Part shown: positions 35,705-44,125 of the stretch, one piece after another
Position numbering within the stretch: the first letter of the stretch is position 1
Layout: every line of letters begins with the position of its first letter
NCBI GenBank assembly: GCA_026395055.1
Contig: JAPLZK010000004.1
Location: 18,805-82,804 of the forward strand
DNA length: 64,000 nucleotides
From: Candidatus Uhrbacteria bacterium
Lineage (GTDB): Bacteria > Patescibacteriota > Patescibacteriia > UBA9934 > GWF2-40-263
Reading direction: 5' to 3'
Notes under the pieces: model-generated
Seen by the model: only the letters and a program-made list of their open reading frames with translations
Told to the model about the DNA's origin: nothing
Databases searched by the model: none
Made by a program: the position numbers and the translations under genes

Positions 35705-35812
35705 GGAAGTGATGTTCGAAGTCGAGTCCCTGTTTGTGAAGCAAACAGGGCAAGACGGTTTTCAAAGAGCAACACTCTCATTTGCGCGAAGCTATGTGAG
35801 AGGGGAGTCGAA
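35705..35812. repeat. Island-2 element C, copy b
   Basis: GAAGTGATGTTCGAAGTCGAGTC-CCTGTTTG-TGAAGC-AAACAGGG...TTTTCAAAGAGC...CTCTCATTTGCGCGAAGCTATGTGAGAGG. Confidence 0.75.
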
Positions 35813-35816
35813 GGTG

Positions 35817-36762
35817 CTAGGCGGCCTCCTGCATGTTGAAGTGTTCGTTGTTGAGTTCGAATTCTTCCATCATGCGAGCTTCCGCTTGCGCCCTCATCTT
35901 GTCGACGTACGTGTTCCATGCCGCCACTTCGCGCTCTCGCTTGGTGAACGCTGCAGACATTTCGTCGCCGATCGTCCACGCGCAGTGGAACTTCGGCTTG
36001 TGACGCGCCCACTGCTTGGTCGCGTTGTCGGGGAAGTTCTTCTGTTCGAAGTCCCAGATGTGGATCCAACGATCGTCACCCGGGATTTTGTTCTTCTTTT
36101 CTTCGGCCATGATGTTGTAAACGCGGTCGGAATGACACCCTAGCCCGCGACGGCGCTTGTTCTTCCAGGACAATCCGTTGCGCTGCCGATTACGCTGGTT
36201 CTTTTTCGAACCATTCAGCTTTTGATACCGCGCTTCCGTTGTCGCGAGCTTCTCCTCGCCTTCGAGGTTCGACTCGATGTACACGTGGCCGCGCGGGTCG
36301 CACTTGGGCTTGTCGCGCTGCTCGTCTTTGACCTGCTCTTCGGCCGCTGCGCGATCCATCCACCAGAACCGCATGTGCAGTTCCGTGATTTTGCGCTGCA
36401 GGTTCATGCGGGCATTCCACTCCCGGTTCTCGCGCAGCGTGTACATCATCGCGTGATGGGTGATCTGCACGTGATCGAGATCGAGATCGTTGTCGTCATC
36501 CTCGACCAAGTCGCTTTCGTCGCGCTTGGCCCAGTGGACTTCGATGCCGTTCCCGCGACCGGGTTTTTTCGGCGTGATGTCCTTCGTCATGTTCGCCACC
36601 CAGCGCTTGTCCATTTCCGCGAGACGTTCCTCGTCGAGGATGAACCGTGGCGCGCGTGCCATCGACATCTGACGCGGCTCGCCCTTGTACGGGTCGAACC
36701 ACTTCGTGCCGATGATGCCACGACGACCGCTCGAGGACTTTCCGAAACTCAGCATGAGAATC
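35817..36762 (-). CDS. Hypothetical charged protein (315 aa)
   Basis: AAGGA SD before ATG 36762. It has highly charged blocks (DDDNDLDLD; KNQRNRQRN) and no family assignment. Confidence 0.45.
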
Positions 36763-36883
36763 CTTATGGCCGACCCAATATTGGGCGGGCGATCTTTCCA
36801 CCGTAGTTTTTTACGAAGGTGGATGTTGTTGTTTACACATTCAGGAACCAGACTCAGTCCGCCCACCACCGCACGAGAGACGT

Positions 36884-36987
36884 GAAGTGATGTTCGAAGT
36901 CGAGTCTCCCAGTTGTGAAGCAACTGGGAGCAGGACGAAGATTTCAAAGGAGCTAGGCTCTCATTCGCGCGAAGCTAAGTGAGAGGA
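36884..36987. repeat. Island-2 element C, copy c
   Basis: GAAGTGATGTTCGAAGTCGAGTC-TCCCAGTTG-TGAAGC-AACTGGGA...TTTCAAAGGAGC...CTCTCATTCGCGCGAAGCTAAGTGAGAGG. Confidence 0.75.
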
Positions 36988-37009
36988 AAATGTGTTGATG
37001 ATGGCTCGA

Positions 37010-37555
37010 TTACTTCTGGGCGGTGTCCTTCGGAAGCACCAGCTTGAAGTCGATGACCTTGCCGTCGGCGCTGCGCACGAACTCGTACTTCGCGAGATCG
37101 GGGCCGTAGTAGGGGGCGTCTTTCTTCTTGAACCAGATCGCTCCATCAGACACGCTGAGATGGTGTGTCTGGAACCAGCTGTTGCGGTAGGTGCACTTTT
37201 CGTACGCCGTGTCCTTGTACTTCTTCTCGCACTCGTCGTTTCCGGCCTTGACGGTGACGAGTGCGTCGAAGGTGTTCATGAGCGCGATGTGCTCCAGATC
37301 GGACGCGGTCTTGGTCGCTTCGAGCTGCTTGCTCAATTCCGCGACCTTGTCCGTCGCCGTCTTCAACTCGGTCGTCGTTTCGGTCAGTTTTTCTTTGGCC
37401 ACTTTGCCGGCGTCGAGCTGATCGGCCACTTCCAGTGCGTGGGCGTTGTAGCCTTGCTCCACGATCACGTTGCCGATGGCCCTGATACCGAAGCCGGCAC
37501 CAACCACCAGAACAATTGCACCCAAGAACGTCAGAACGGGATAGAAACCCTTCAT
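37010..37555 (-). CDS. Membrane-anchored coiled-coil protein (181 aa)
   Basis: N-terminal TM helix followed by a heptad-rich segment; AAGGAT SD. Confidence 0.45.
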   Translation of the reverse strand: MKGFYPVLTFLGAIVLVVGAGFGIRAIGNVIVEQGYNAHALEVADQLDAGKVAKEKLTETTTELKTATDKVAELSKQLEATKTASDLEHIALMNTFDALVTVKAGNDECEKKYKDTAYEKCTYRNSWFQTHHLSVSDGAIWFKKKDAPYYGPDLAKYEFVRSADGKVIDFKLVLPKDTAQK

Positions 37556-37630
37556 GTGCTTATCCTTTTTTGATTTGGCGCGTCCATTGCGCCGCAAGAC
37601 ACTCTCACCGAACACTACTCTTTGACTGCC

Positions 37631-37738
37631 GCAGAGTTATGTTCAGAGTCGAGTCCCGCAGCTGTGAAGCAGTTGCGGGCAGACCTGGTTTTCAAAGAGC
37701 GATTCTCTCATTCGCGCGAGGCTACGTGAGAAAGGGGG
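37631..37738. repeat. Island-2 element C, copy d
   Basis: TTATGTTCAGAGTCGAGTC-CCGCAGCTG-TGAAGC-AGTTGCGGG...TTTTCAAAGAGC...CTCTCATTCGCGCGAGGCTACGTGAGAAAGG. Confidence 0.75.
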
Positions 37739-37939
37739 TCATTTGTTGTGTGTGTCGCGGTGTGCGTCGCGTTTCAAGATGCCGTCGCGGATCTTCATGC
37801 GATCCTTGTCGACGCGCTTCTCATGGAAACGCTGATCATTGTTCATACCGGCCGCGATGCGAGCCTTGCGAACCGCCGCGATCGTGTCTTTCACGACCTG
37901 GGGGGTATTCCTTTTCTTCTTGTTTTTGTGCTTTGCCAC
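37739..37939 (-). CDS. Small highly basic protein (66 aa), possible nucleic-acid binding
   Basis: Lys/Arg-rich (MAKHKNKKKRNTPQ...). Confidence 0.4.
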   Translation of the reverse strand: MAKHKNKKKRNTPQVVKDTIAAVRKARIAAGMNNDQRFHEKRVDKDRMKIRDGILKRDAHRDTHNK

Positions 37940-38000
37940 GATCTTTTGCCTTTTTGCTCCGCGTACATAGCGCCGAGCGAACGTATTTCGATGAATAACA

Positions 38001-38054
38001 GAAAAACCGATACTTGTTTATTTCAACGAGAGAAATACTCAAATATCGGTTTTC
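38001..38054. repeat. Nested inverted repeat at the island-2 right boundary (possible bidirectional terminator)
   Basis: AAAACCGATA ... TATCGGTTTT 10-bp arms with internal ATTTC/GAAAT arms, flanked by A and T runs. Confidence 0.5.
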
Positions 38055-38274
38055 AAAAATAGGGCCCTCGACACGTTCGGGCAATATGATTGATTTTTTT
38101 ACTATCGATCTATCCTTTTCAGGATATATGGGACTGGATAGTGCAGCTCTCTCCCCATGGTTGTAAAAGAGGTAAGACGGAACAGACGTTTTTTTGACGA
38201 CTATTCAATCTAAGCATGGACATACTATATCACTTTTTGGCGCTTTTGTCAAGACCTGAGTGCAAAAAAATCGC

Positions 38275-39441
38275 TCATTTGAGCGATTTTTCAAAAATAG
38301 CGAGGGTTTGTTCCGCGGCTTTTTTCCAGGAAAACTCGGTTGCTCGCTCAAGTCCAGCCTTTTTGAGCTGTTCATGCAGGGGTTTGAGCGAAATGATGCC
38401 TTTTAAGGCGTCCGCGATGTCTTGGATGTTAAACGGATCAACATGCAACGCGCCTGAGCTCGTAACTTCAGGCATGCTCGAGATATTGCTTGTGATAACC
38501 GGGAGTCCAGAAGCCATTGCCTCGAGAATGGGAAGGCCAAAGCCTTCGTAGAACGACGGCCAGATAAAGACGCTGGCGGAACGGTAGATTGCGGGGAGAT
38601 CAAGTGGGTTTATGTATTCGAGGTTATGCACCCAATCATGAACATCGCGCTTCCAAAGTCGTCGACGGATGTTGTGAGACTTCCAACCCCATTTTCCCAC
38701 AAGAACAAGATGTAAATCGTCGTGCGTCATTTCGCGATACCGTTTTACACCTTCAATGATCGACAAGACATTCTTGCGTGGTTCGATCGTTCCGACAAAA
38801 AGGGCGAAGCGTTTCGGAAGTTTGAGCTTCGATCTGACACCGTGATCATGCGCTTCCATTCTTGGATGGAAGGTTGATGTGATGCCGTGCGGAATGGCTG
38901 CAATCTCGTCTGGGGATTTGCGAAACATACGTGCGACGTCATGGCTTGTTGTGTTGGATGGCGTAATCACGAATCGCGCATCGCGGATGAGTTTGTGCGC
39001 ATCAAGTAGATGATGCCATACGCGCATTTTGCGAGAAAAAAAATCTGGAAAAAATTTCCAAGAAACATCGTGAATGGTAAGGACGGTTGGAATGGAGGTT
39101 GGAAGAACCGTGATGTTTAGGTTTGGAAGAAACACAAGATCAATTGGATCCTTCACGAGCCAGTTGATGGCTGGTTGTTTCATTAAAAGTAATTTGAGAT
39201 TCAAAAATTTATTCGCCATCGGAACATGTGTATGTTTCACGAATGCTGGGAAGACAAATGATGGGGAAGTGCGTGAGCGAAAGATTGAAAGGAGGTCAGG
39301 TGCTTCTCGGCCAGACGTCAGCAAAATATATTCGTGAGTATTTGCTAAAGCAAAAAGCGCGCCGAGGAGTTGAATGGTGTACTCTCCGACGCCGCTTTGT
39401 TCGTGTGTATTCAAATGTCTACAATCAACGAGGATGCGCAT
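38275..39441 (-). CDS. Glycosyltransferase family 4
   Basis: EGFGLPILEAMASGLPVITSN motif. Confidence 0.7.
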   Translation of the reverse strand: MRILVDCRHLNTHEQSGVGEYTIQLLGALFALANTHEYILLTSGREAPDLLSIFRSRTSPSFVFPAFVKHTHVPMANKFLNLKLLLMKQPAINWLVKDPIDLVFLPNLNITVLPTSIPTVLTIHDVSWKFFPDFFSRKMRVWHHLLDAHKLIRDARFVITPSNTTSHDVARMFRKSPDEIAAIPHGITSTFHPRMEAHDHGVRSKLKLPKRFALFVGTIEPRKNVLSIIEGVKRYREMTHDDLHLVLVGKWGWKSHNIRRRLWKRDVHDWVHNLEYINPLDLPAIYRSASVFIWPSFYEGFGLPILEAMASGLPVITSNISSMPEVTSSGALHVDPFNIQDIADALKGIISLKPLHEQLKKAGLERATEFSWKKAAEQTLAIFEKSLK

Positions 39442-40513
39442 AACGTTTTGCGATTTCCTTCATTTTTTCAACAAACTTTGCTTCATTAAACAGTTCTGCA
39501 TGCGCCTTAATTTTGTTGGCATCGTACTTTGACTGATCAAATCGGATCAAATGATCCGCGAGCTCTTCCCAAGATTGTTCATCAAAGAACTCTCCACTTA
39601 GACCTTCAACAACTGTCTCAACCGCGCCACCTTTGCGATACGCAATGACGGGAGTTCCGCTTGCCATTGCTTCAACCGGTGTAATCCCAAAGTCTTCTTC
39701 TTGTGGGTGAATAAACGCTTTTGCATTCGCATACAATTCGCGCTGTTCTTTTTCGGAAACACGTCCAAGGAATTCAATATTGGATTTTGCTTTTTTGCGT
39801 AGTTCTTTTTCAACAGGTCCGTTTCCAAAAATTTTGAGAGGAATTCCTGTTTTGTTGCACGCATCCACAACCATATCGAAACGTTTGTAGGCAACAAGCC
39901 GACCTCCTGTCAGGAAATAGGTTTTTGGTTTTGGAGAGATGTGAAAGTTGTGTGTGGCAACAGGTGGAAAAATAATTTCCGAATCACGTCGATAATATTT
40001 TTTGATTCTGTCTGCGACGGTTTTTGAGTTTGCCACAAAATGATCCACGCGATTCGCCGCTTGTTGATCCCATAAACGTAAGTGGGACAACACGGGTGGC
40101 AACAGTGCTTTCACAATATTTGGAACACGTAACTCTTTGATATAGCTTTGCGTATCCGTCCACAAATATCTCGTTGGTGTGTGGCAATAACAAATATGAA
40201 TCGCGTCTGGTCGTGTAATGATTCCTTTCGCAAACGCACTCGTCGAAGAGATGACGACATCGAACTCACGCAGATCGTAATGTTCCGTTGCGGTCGGCAT
40301 GAGGCTGATGTACCACTGATACTTTTTGGTGGCGAACGGAAAACGTTGTAGGAACGAAGTTCGAATGTCTTTTCCAATAAACCCCGGCATCTTCTTTTGG
40401 TCAAAAAATAAAACAAAGGTCGGAGCATCCGGCCATGTTTTTTGGAGAACCTCAAGAACTTTCTCGGCTCCACCGTCTTGAACCAAATAATCGTGAACCA
40501 GGGCAATTTTCAT
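39425..40513 (-). CDS. Glycosyltransferase family 4
   Basis: EDFGITPVEAMASGTPVIAYRKGG motif. Confidence 0.7.
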   Translation of the reverse strand: MKIALVHDYLVQDGGAEKVLEVLQKTWPDAPTFVLFFDQKKMPGFIGKDIRTSFLQRFPFATKKYQWYISLMPTATEHYDLREFDVVISSTSAFAKGIITRPDAIHICYCHTPTRYLWTDTQSYIKELRVPNIVKALLPPVLSHLRLWDQQAANRVDHFVANSKTVADRIKKYYRRDSEIIFPPVATHNFHISPKPKTYFLTGGRLVAYKRFDMVVDACNKTGIPLKIFGNGPVEKELRKKAKSNIEFLGRVSEKEQRELYANAKAFIHPQEEDFGITPVEAMASGTPVIAYRKGGAVETVVEGLSGEFFDEQSWEELADHLIRFDQSKYDANKIKAHAELFNEAKFVEKMKEIAKRYAHPR

Positions 40514-40548
40514 AACACCGGCACTTTACCTGATCCTTTTTTGCTTGA

Positions 40549-41961
40549 CTAGTATGCCCCTTTTCTGAAAATAACAACGATCGGTGTCTTTAGGAGAATA
40601 TACAAATCTAACCACGGGCTCCAGTGTTCAATGTAGTAGGTGTCGAGTCTGACTTCTTCATCGAAGTCGAGGTCTGCGCGGCCGGAGATTTGTGCGAGGC
40701 CGGTGATTCCAGGTTTGATGGTGAGAACTTTTTTGTGTTCCGGTTTGTATTTTGCGACTTCTTCTGGTAAGTGTGGGCGTGGTCCAACGAGACTCATTTT
40801 TCCTGTGAGGACAAGAAAGAATTCAGGAAGCTCATCAATGGAGAATTTGCGAATAAATGTGCCGACGCGTGTGACACGAGGATCATTTGCGATTTTGACC
40901 ATGGGTGTTCCTTTGCGCGTATCTTTTTCCGCGAGTTCGCGATAGCGCATGTTATGTGTGTGTGGAACCATGGATCTAAATTTGAAATAGGGAAATGGTT
41001 TTCCACCTTGGCCAATGCGTGTCATGCGCTTATTATCATCGGATCGAGAAAAGAGAATGGGGCCACGCGAATCGAGTTTGATGGCGATTGCGGTGATCAA
41101 CATGATCGGCGAGGTGAGAATGATGAGAATGAGGGATGCAACAATATCAAACAAACGTTTATAAATGGCTCCCCAGCCATCAAGCGGGGTCTTTTGAACT
41201 TCAATCACGGGAATTCCGGAGAACATGTGAATCACGGATCTGCCGACAGCGGTTGCGAAAAGATCGGCAGAATATCGAAAGCCTAAATGTTCGACGTCCG
41301 TGAATGCGATGAGGGCGAGCGTTGTGTTTTTACTTGCTTCTGGATCGGCGAGGAGAACTTCATCAATTTTATCTTGATCTTTGAGAGTGCGTAATTTTTT
41401 TGCGACCGCATCATCAAATGTTTTGAATGCGGCAACGATTTGTAATCCGAAGCGTGGTTTTTTCTCAAAGATTCCTTTAAGGGTATCGGCTGTGTCGTTT
41501 GATCCAATGATCGCAATACGAATCACACCAATGCCCATAGACATGAGGGAGCGTTGTAATCCTCGAATGACAAGACGTCCAAGAGAAACAAAGACCATCG
41601 AGAAGAACCAGGCAACAAGCGCGATGAATCGAGAATCAAAAAATGTGCGTGAGAAGAATAGAATGGAAAACACAAGTGCCATCGAAGTAGATGTTGCGAG
41701 CAGCACGCGTGAAAGTTCTTTTGCGATGGATCGTCGATGTGTGGAATACAGTCCAGCGGATGCGAACACGGCGATCCAAATAAATAGACTTGGTAAAAGA
41801 ATGGTGATGTATTGTTGGAGAGTGAGCGCAAAGATAACAGGACGAATGCTTGTGAAGTAGGGGAGGAAACGCGAATAGTACGCAGCAATGCCGGCGGCAA
41901 CGAGTGCGAGATAATCGAGAGGAACAAGGGCAAGTGTAAAGGCGAGTTCAGAGCGTTTCAT
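40549..41961 (-). CDS. Polyprenyl-phosphate hexose-1-phosphate transferase (WbaP/bacterial sugar transferase family)
   Basis: N-terminal multi-TM region; C-terminal [20 protein letters not shown]...[21 protein letters not shown] sugar-transferase domain. Confidence 0.75.
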   Translation of the reverse strand: MKRSELAFTLALVPLDYLALVAAGIAAYYSRFLPYFTSIRPVIFALTLQQYITILLPSLFIWIAVFASAGLYSTHRRSIAKELSRVLLATSTSMALVFSILFFSRTFFDSRFIALVAWFFSMVFVSLGRLVIRGLQRSLMSMGIGVIRIAIIGSNDTADTLKGIFEKKPRFGLQIVAAFKTFDDAVAKKLRTLKDQDKIDEVLLADPEASKNTTLALIAFTDVEHLGFRYSADLFATAVGRSVIHMFSGIPVIEVQKTPLDGWGAIYKRLFDIVASLILIILTSPIMLITAIAIKLDSRGPILFSRSDDNKRMTRIGQGGKPFPYFKFRSMVPHTHNMRYRELAEKDTRKGTPMVKIANDPRVTRVGTFIRKFSIDELPEFFLVLTGKMSLVGPRPHLPEEVAKYKPEHKKVLTIKPGITGLAQISGRADLDFDEEVRLDTYYIEHWSPWLDLYILLKTPIVVIFRKGAY

Positions 41962-42003
41962 AGTGAAAGTATTGTAGCAAAATAAAGTCTAATCAAAAAA
42001 TCC

Positions 42004-42027
42004 CGCCTGCCTGCCGGCAGGCAGGCG
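42004..42027. repeat. Palindromic element A, copy 3
   Basis: CGCCTGCCTGCCGGCAGGCAGGCG. Confidence 0.85.
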
Positions 42028-42254
42028 CGAGGCGAGATTCTTTGGGTTCCAAAGGAGTGATCTGTAAGCCGAATTTTGTCTACCCTGTCTTTCAACAGAG
42101 GAGGCGATCATCTATCTTGTCTCATTGTCGCCAATGAGATCGTGCGAGCTACCAAATTTGCTCTTTCACCGAAAAGGGTTTGCCACACATGCATGTCACC
42201 ATGCAGCGAGATACGTAATCTTGCGATACCGTATCACTTTTCACCTTTCATTTT

Positions 42255-42412
42255 GCGAAGCAAAATGACCCTGAGCCTGTCGCCCTTCAAATTTTTCAGG
42301 GCGACCATGAGTCCGATCGAATGGTCGAAGGGTGCATGCGCATAGTATGGGCATAAGCTTGGACCCTTCGACTCACTGCGTTCGCTCAGGATAATTTTGC
42401 TTCGCAAAATTA
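42255..42412. repeat. ~160-bp nested inverted-repeat element (MITE-like or structured RNA)
   Basis: Outer arms TTTTGCGAAGCAAAAT..CCTGAGC and GCTCAGG..ATTTTGCTTCGCAAAA, with inner hairpins GTCGCCC/GGGCGAC and GTCGAAGGGT/ACCCTTCGAC. Confidence 0.55.
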
Positions 42413-42677
42413 GTATTGTCTCTGTGGTACTTTCCCTAAGGTTGGTATTCGGGATCAAAGCGTGAATTGCTCCAACGCCTCGCGCTCGAATGCGTATCCT
42501 TGGTTGTCGTTAACAACTTTTCTTGTTGTCGTATATTGCTATGCGACAGGTGTTCGGACTTTCCTCCCAGACGTTTGTCCAGGTAATCACCCGATCATCC
42601 TTTAGAACGTGGGGAAGCATACCAGTTTCAAGGGGAAATGTCAATGGAATTTGGGTAAGAAAAAACCGCACCATGGA

Positions 42678-43820
42678 TCAGTGCGGCAGGGAATCGAAGA
42701 GTCGATAGTTTTGGGTTTTGTTGAATTCGGCGAGAAGACCAAGGAGCATCTGGTCTTCCTCATTGTCTTCGCGAATGAACGAACCGCCCTTCACTTCAAG
42801 GTCTTCCGCGTTCAGACCGACGAAGATGGGAATGCCGAATTTTTCACCGTAGCGCACAGCTTCGACCACATCCGACAGAAATGGCGGCGTGTACCGATGT
42901 TCCTTGAATGCGGTGGCGAGTGGCGTACCGCGCGCGGCGTACGTCGGATTCAAGTGAATCGAGATTGATGAGCCGCTGATGCGGTCCATGACATCACCCA
43001 GGTACTTGATTGCACCATGGATGTCCTCGATCGCCTGTGCTCGCGTCATGTACTGATCCTCAACGGGTTTGAACATGTAGTAGCACTTCATGCGAAAGCC
43101 GTGTCGGGCCAATTGCTCGGCCATCGATTCCAACTTGCGCGTGGGCAAACCTTTGCCAAACACGTTCGTGCGCAGGTTCTCATCGTGAACTTCGACACCG
43201 ACCGCAATTTCGAGCGTGGTCGGGATTTCACCTTCATCGAGGGCACGTGCGAGAATTTCGAGCTCGACATCTTCCACATACTCGGGACGTGATTCGAGTG
43301 TGAGTGTGGCCATCTTCGGCAAATGCTTGTTGCATTTGGTGACGAAGTGTAAGAGCGCTGTGGTTGGGAACGTGTCCTGGTCAAGCACGGAACCCTGATT
43401 GCTCAGGATCACCTTTTGGATATCCTTCGCGCGCGCGAGAATTTCCGGTTGCTTGAAGAGAAAGTGCGTCTGATCCATGATGTCCCAGTGACTCACATGG
43501 TGAAGTGACGAGGTGGACGGGAGTGTGCATCCTGCGCAGCGCATCCATTTGCACGCTTGCGTGTAGAGAATCACGAACAAGATCAGGCCTTCTTGGGACT
43601 CCTGGAAGAAGTACGTAATCGGCCGTTTGGGATCGTGTGTATTGTCGAATTCGTGTGTCTTGCCGGACGAATGGTGTCCACGCAGGATTTGTCGTTCGAT
43701 GTCTACACGCTTTGCGGCGCGTTGTTCAATAGTCAGGACACGATGCGGGTGAACTTGATGGTGCGTATGGTCGGACACGACTGCCTCCTTGTTTTGAAAT
43801 ATCCCTGGAACCGTTTCCAA
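42678..43820 (-). CDS. Radical SAM-like protein (CX4CX2C cluster motif; Elp3/TIGR01210-like arrangement?)
   Basis: CKWMRCAGC cysteine triad early in a roughly 380-aa protein; family assignment tentative. Confidence 0.35.
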   Translation of the reverse strand: METVPGIFQNKEAVVSDHTHHQVHPHRVLTIEQRAAKRVDIERQILRGHHSSGKTHEFDNTHDPKRPITYFFQESQEGLILFVILYTQACKWMRCAGCTLPSTSSLHHVSHWDIMDQTHFLFKQPEILARAKDIQKVILSNQGSVLDQDTFPTTALLHFVTKCNKHLPKMATLTLESRPEYVEDVELEILARALDEGEIPTTLEIAVGVEVHDENLRTNVFGKGLPTRKLESMAEQLARHGFRMKCYYMFKPVEDQYMTRAQAIEDIHGAIKYLGDVMDRISGSSISIHLNPTYAARGTPLATAFKEHRYTPPFLSDVVEAVRYGEKFGIPIFVGLNAEDLEVKGGSFIREDNEEDQMLLGLLAEFNKTQNYRLFDSLPH

Positions 43821-43876
43821 AGATGCTTGACCCTAACAAAAAATTGATTCTTTGTCAATCCATCCACACCCAGCAC

Positions 43877-43905
43877 TTGCTTGGTCTGTCGTCTCGATTT
43901 ATACT
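43877..43905 (+). promoter_or_regulatory. Promoter TTGCTT-N17-TATACT for a candidate ~100-nt transcript
   Basis: TTGCTT at 43877-43882, 17-nt spacer, TATACT at 43900-43905. Confidence 0.4.
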
Positions 43906-43911
43906 TCTTTT

Positions 43912-44016
43912 GATATGTTGATCCAATCACAAAATTGGAAGCAGAAATTTGATCACATGTTAGATATTTCATTTACGTGTTCCATCCTCCGTTGAAAGAC
44001 GGAGGATTTTTTTATT
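43912..44016 (+). ncRNA. Candidate small RNA (or 26-aa sORF) between the radical-SAM-like gene and the AsnRS-like gene
   Basis: Promoter at 43877-43905 and a strong intrinsic terminator at 43983-44016 (ATCCTCCGT-tgaaag-ACGGAGGAT-T7). The enclosed ORF MLIQSQNWKQKFDHMLDISFTCSILR lacks an SD. Confidence 0.35.
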
Positions 44017-44035
44017 CATAATTTCTGTCATTGCG

Positions 44036-44124
44036 AGGAGGCACCCGACAAAGCAATCTTTTTCGCATTAAATAGTGCGCAAAGATCGCCACGTCGTAGA
44101 ACTCCTTGTAATGACACATACAAC
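44036..44124. repeat. GTCATTGCGAG nested-hairpin element, copy 3 (degenerate 3' arm)
   Basis: GTCATTGCGAGGAGG...AAGCAATC...CTCCTTGTAATGAC; it abuts the AsnRS-like gene start. Confidence 0.7.
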
Positions 44125-44125
44125 T

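Larger units (their letters stand above)
30330..37995. other. GC-rich island 2: array of 17 small co-oriented minus-strand ORFs with conserved structured intergenic elements, inserted inside the glycosyltransferase/WbaP cluster
   Basis: GC content is clearly above that of flanking GT genes. All genes are on the minus strand with SD sequences. Element families C (about 105 nt) and D plus the CGCGA..TCGCG dyad are shared, and the GTGAGAGG hairpin motif is shared with island 1. No integrase or recombinase seen. Confidence 0.55.

Noticed and set aside
30330-37995. Integron or prophage explanation for island 2
   Set aside because: No integrase, tyrosine/serine recombinase, terminase, capsid or portal-like protein could be recognised. 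attC-like conserved hairpins exist but the classic R'/R'' core sites (GTTRRRY) were not found.
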